A DNA stretch of 64,000 nt from Bacteroidetes bacterium OLB12. Its GTDB lineage: Bacteria; Bacteroidota; Bacteroidia; Cytophagales; Cyclobacteriaceae. This document shows positions 61,808 through 64,000 of this stretch, in pieces. The DNA is taken from contig LNFR01000066.1 of assembly GCA_001567185.1 (NCBI GenBank), forward strand, positions 2,138 through 66,137. Direction: 5' to 3'. How positions within the stretch are numbered: position 1 is the first letter of the stretch; every line of letters begins with the position of its first letter. Below the pieces are notes generated by a model. That model searched no databases. It saw only the letters and a program-made list of their open reading frames with translations, and was not told the DNA's origin. The position numbers and the translations under genes are program-made.

Positions 61808-62774
61808 TTACGATTGGCGGTTAATTAAATCTTTTGCAAACGCAATGAGGTGTTGCTTTTGAGCGGAATCGGGTAGCGCATTTAGTTTTTCAAATCCTTT
61901 CGAAAAATATTCTTCTGACTTCTTTTCGGCAAGCAGACGGATGCCCAACTGATCGTAAACGGCTGTAATTGCTTTTACTTTTTTCTGCTTATTGAATTTT
62001 TTTGGCATTCAGCCAAAACTCAAGCTCGCGTTTATGTTGGCCGCGGGCTTTTTCTTTGGCTTTGATGAGTAGGTAAGTTTTTTTATTGGCAATAATATCA
62101 CCCCCCACCTGTTTGCCGAATTTTTTCTTATCGGCATACACATCCAGTAAGTCATCTTTTAACTGAAAACCAATCCCGATCAGGGTGCCAAATTCGCGCA
62201 AGGCAATTCGTTCTGCTTCCGGGGCTTTGGCTAATAACGCGCCTAACTCCAAACTAAAACCTAAGAGCACGGCTGTTTTCAGTTTGATCATTTCCAGGTA
62301 CCGGGCTTCGGTAACTTTGGTTGTAGTTTCAAACTCCATATCCCACTGCTGGCCTTCGCACACTTCTGTTATACATTTATTGAAGAGCGAAAGCGCCAGG
62401 GGCAATGTTTCTTTGTCCAGATCCAGAAACATATCATAAACTTTTACCAGCATCACATCGCCCGAAAGGATGGCCGTGTTCACGTTCCACTTTTCATGCA
62501 CCGTGACTTTGCCTCTGCGCAGCGGTGCCTTGTCCATAATATCATCGTGCATTAAAGTAAAATTATGAAGGGCCTCTACGGCAATGGCATATTTCAGAAT
62601 TTTCTCCACATCGTTCCGGTAGAGCGAATAGGCTAGCGTAACCAGTAACGGACGCATGCGTTTACCGCCCAAGGCCATAATATACCGGATGGGTTCGTAT
62701 AAGGATTTTGGTTGAGAACCAAAGGATTGTTTTTTTATTTCAGATTCGATCAGGGATAACATTGGTTTAAGCAT
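61808..62774 (-). CDS. Polyprenyl diphosphate synthase (IspA/GGPPS-like); one extra base at 61997-62003
   Basis: GGKRMRP, FTLMHDDIMD, KTAVL, GFQLKDDLLD. The corrected frame gives WLNAKKFNKQ. Start taken at ATG 62774. Confidence 0.93.
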
Positions 62775-62781
62775 CTGAACT

Positions 62782-63216
62782 TTATCTAATAGTATCAAGA
62801 AGTTCTTTTGTACTGATAATCAGTTTTGGCATTTGGCTAGCCAATTTCCGACAAAGGACTTTATCGCCACTCCACAAAACGGCTTTAAGATGCAAGGAAA
62901 GCGAAACAAACGGAATATCCTTTTTATCAACATCCCCGATCAGGCGATTCGCCTGGGCCCAGACAGTGTCGGGTATCAATCGTTCATCCAGAAAAGTGAG
63001 TTTTGAGGTGGTTAGTCCTATTAATTCGACCACTTCGGCCGCGGACAGTTTGGTTAGTTTTTGAATCTTTCCCCTGTGGAGATTCAATTCGTGCAGGAGA
63101 AACTTACAGGAATAGAATTGATGTATTGATCCGGAATGAAATAGGATATTCGCAATGTTGCTATTGGAATTCAGAATGGCGCTGAAAATAATATTGGTAT
63201 CTACAACCAATTTCAT
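62782..63216 (-). CDS. PIN-domain toxin (VapC-like)
   Basis: MKLVVDTNIIFS, DKKDIPF, LWSGDK acidic PIN motifs. Confidence 0.88.
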   Translation of the reverse strand: MKLVVDTNIIFSAILNSNSNIANILFHSGSIHQFYSCKFLLHELNLHRGKIQKLTKLSAAEVVELIGLTTSKLTFLDERLIPDTVWAQANRLIGDVDKKDIPFVSLSLHLKAVLWSGDKVLCRKLASQMPKLIISTKELLDTIR

Positions 63217-63416
63217 TTGCCGACACGCTTTTTATTTTTAGTTAGCCACTTGTTATTAATTGCTGTTGCGAGTTCATCAACCACAGATTGTTTTACTTTA
63301 TGAGATGATGTTAGTTCTTTATAACGCAGGAAGTTTAAAATATCTTGAATCTCACGAATATCAATCTTTTTTGAAACGCGAATCAGAATTTCATTTTTGT
63401 TTTGTTCGATGACCAT
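63213..63416 (-). CDS. Putative cognate antitoxin
   Basis: 67-aa ORF overlapping the PIN start by 4 nt. Confidence 0.7.
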   Translation of the reverse strand: MVIEQNKNEILIRVSKKIDIREIQDILNFLRYKELTSSHKVKQSVVDELATAINNKWLTKNKKRVGK

Positions 63417-63434
63417 ATTTAAAGGTAAATATAA

Positions 63435-64000
63435 TTACTCAAAACTCAAATCAATCAACCTGCGATCGACATCGGTCTTTTTAAATTCGCACCTGAACTT
63501 TATCGCCCAAGCGATAGATTTTTTTTCTTCTCCTACCAATTACACGGTAATTCTTTTCATCAAATTCATAGTAATCATCTTTCATGTCGGCCATGCGCAC
63601 CATGCCCTCGCATTTGGTTTCTACAATTTCTACAAAAACACCAAAATCGGTTACTCCGGAAATGATGCCATCGTAAATCTTGTTTTCGGCCAGGCTCATA
63701 AACTCAACCTGCTTGTATTTGATAGAGGCGCGTTCGGCATCGGCAGCACGCTTTTCGCGTTCCGATGAGTGAACGCACTTGTCTTCGTATTGTTTTTTAT
63801 TTACCGACTTTCCTTTATCAAGATAGTGTTGCAACAAGCGGTGCACCATCATATCGGGGTATCTGCGAATGGGTGAAGTAAAGTGGGTGTAATGATCAAA
63901 CGCCAATCCGAAGTGCCCCTTGGCATCGGTGGTGTATTTGGCTTTGGCCATAGCCCGCACAGCTAACGATTGTAACACATTTTGTTCGGGTTTACCTTCA
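63435..64000 (-). CDS. rnr: Ribonuclease R, C-terminal RNB + S1 region (5' end outside the window); one extra base at 63483-63485
   Basis: HFGLA...YTHFTSPIRRYPD, S1 domain. The corrected end is VRIKKTDVDRRLIDLSFE* at 63435. Confidence 0.95.

Noticed and set aside
2457-63485. A cluster of pseudogenes, or programmed frameshifting
   Set aside because: The shifts go in both directions, hit unrelated housekeeping genes, show no shared slippery-site or stimulator pattern, and come without other decay. Sequencing error is the simpler explanation.
1095-63768. The many 60-220 aa antisense or off-frame ORFs inside long genes (e.g. 5907-6494, 36376-37026, 46394-46963)
   Set aside because: They have no motifs and lie fully within well-supported genes.
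1-64000. CRISPR arrays, tRNA/rRNA genes, IS elements, retron or prophage genes
   Set aside because: Intergenic gaps are short and I read them all. I found no spaced direct repeats, cloverleafs or mobility/RT motifs. A covariance-model scan would be needed to exclude small RNAs formally.

Overview
A gene-dense, mostly housekeeping chromosomal segment from a Bacteroidota bacterium, probably Cytophagales (inferred from protein families and TAnnTTTG/TAnnTTGC -7 promoter elements). It holds about 50 CDSs, including rbfA, a SNF2 helicase, radA, a CzcA/TolC/CzcB heavy-metal RND locus, gltBD, topoisomerase IB, lepB, arfB, an ECF-sigma/FecR/TonB-receptor locus, rluD, a polyprenyl synthase, a PIN toxin-antitoxin pair and the 3' end of rnr. 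I saw no rRNA, tRNA, CRISPR array, transposase or integrase. Main caveat: at least 17 single-base indels, mostly in homopolymers, split otherwise intact genes and fuse FecR to the TonB receptor. These look like sequencing or assembly errors, so I list the genes in reconstructed form. Best candidates for undescribed biology: (1) a His-rich, probably leaderless ORF ending in IWQPPK directly upstream of czcA, followed by alternative RNA pairings, which may be a metal-sensing ribosome-arrest leader; (2) a ~1930-aa thioester (CNEQ) alpha-2-macroglobulin carrying a SusC-type N-terminal domain and TonB plug at the bait position; (3) a stand-alone IF2-N-like protein beside arfB, followed by an unannotated Zn-ribbon membrane microprotein; (4) two intergenic periodic inverted-repeat elements (7-mer and 8-mer) that look like empty cassette sites; (5) a perfect CTAA-N5-TTAG palindrome over the promoter of a DNA-repair-type radical SAM gene. 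Everything was read by hand; no searches were run.
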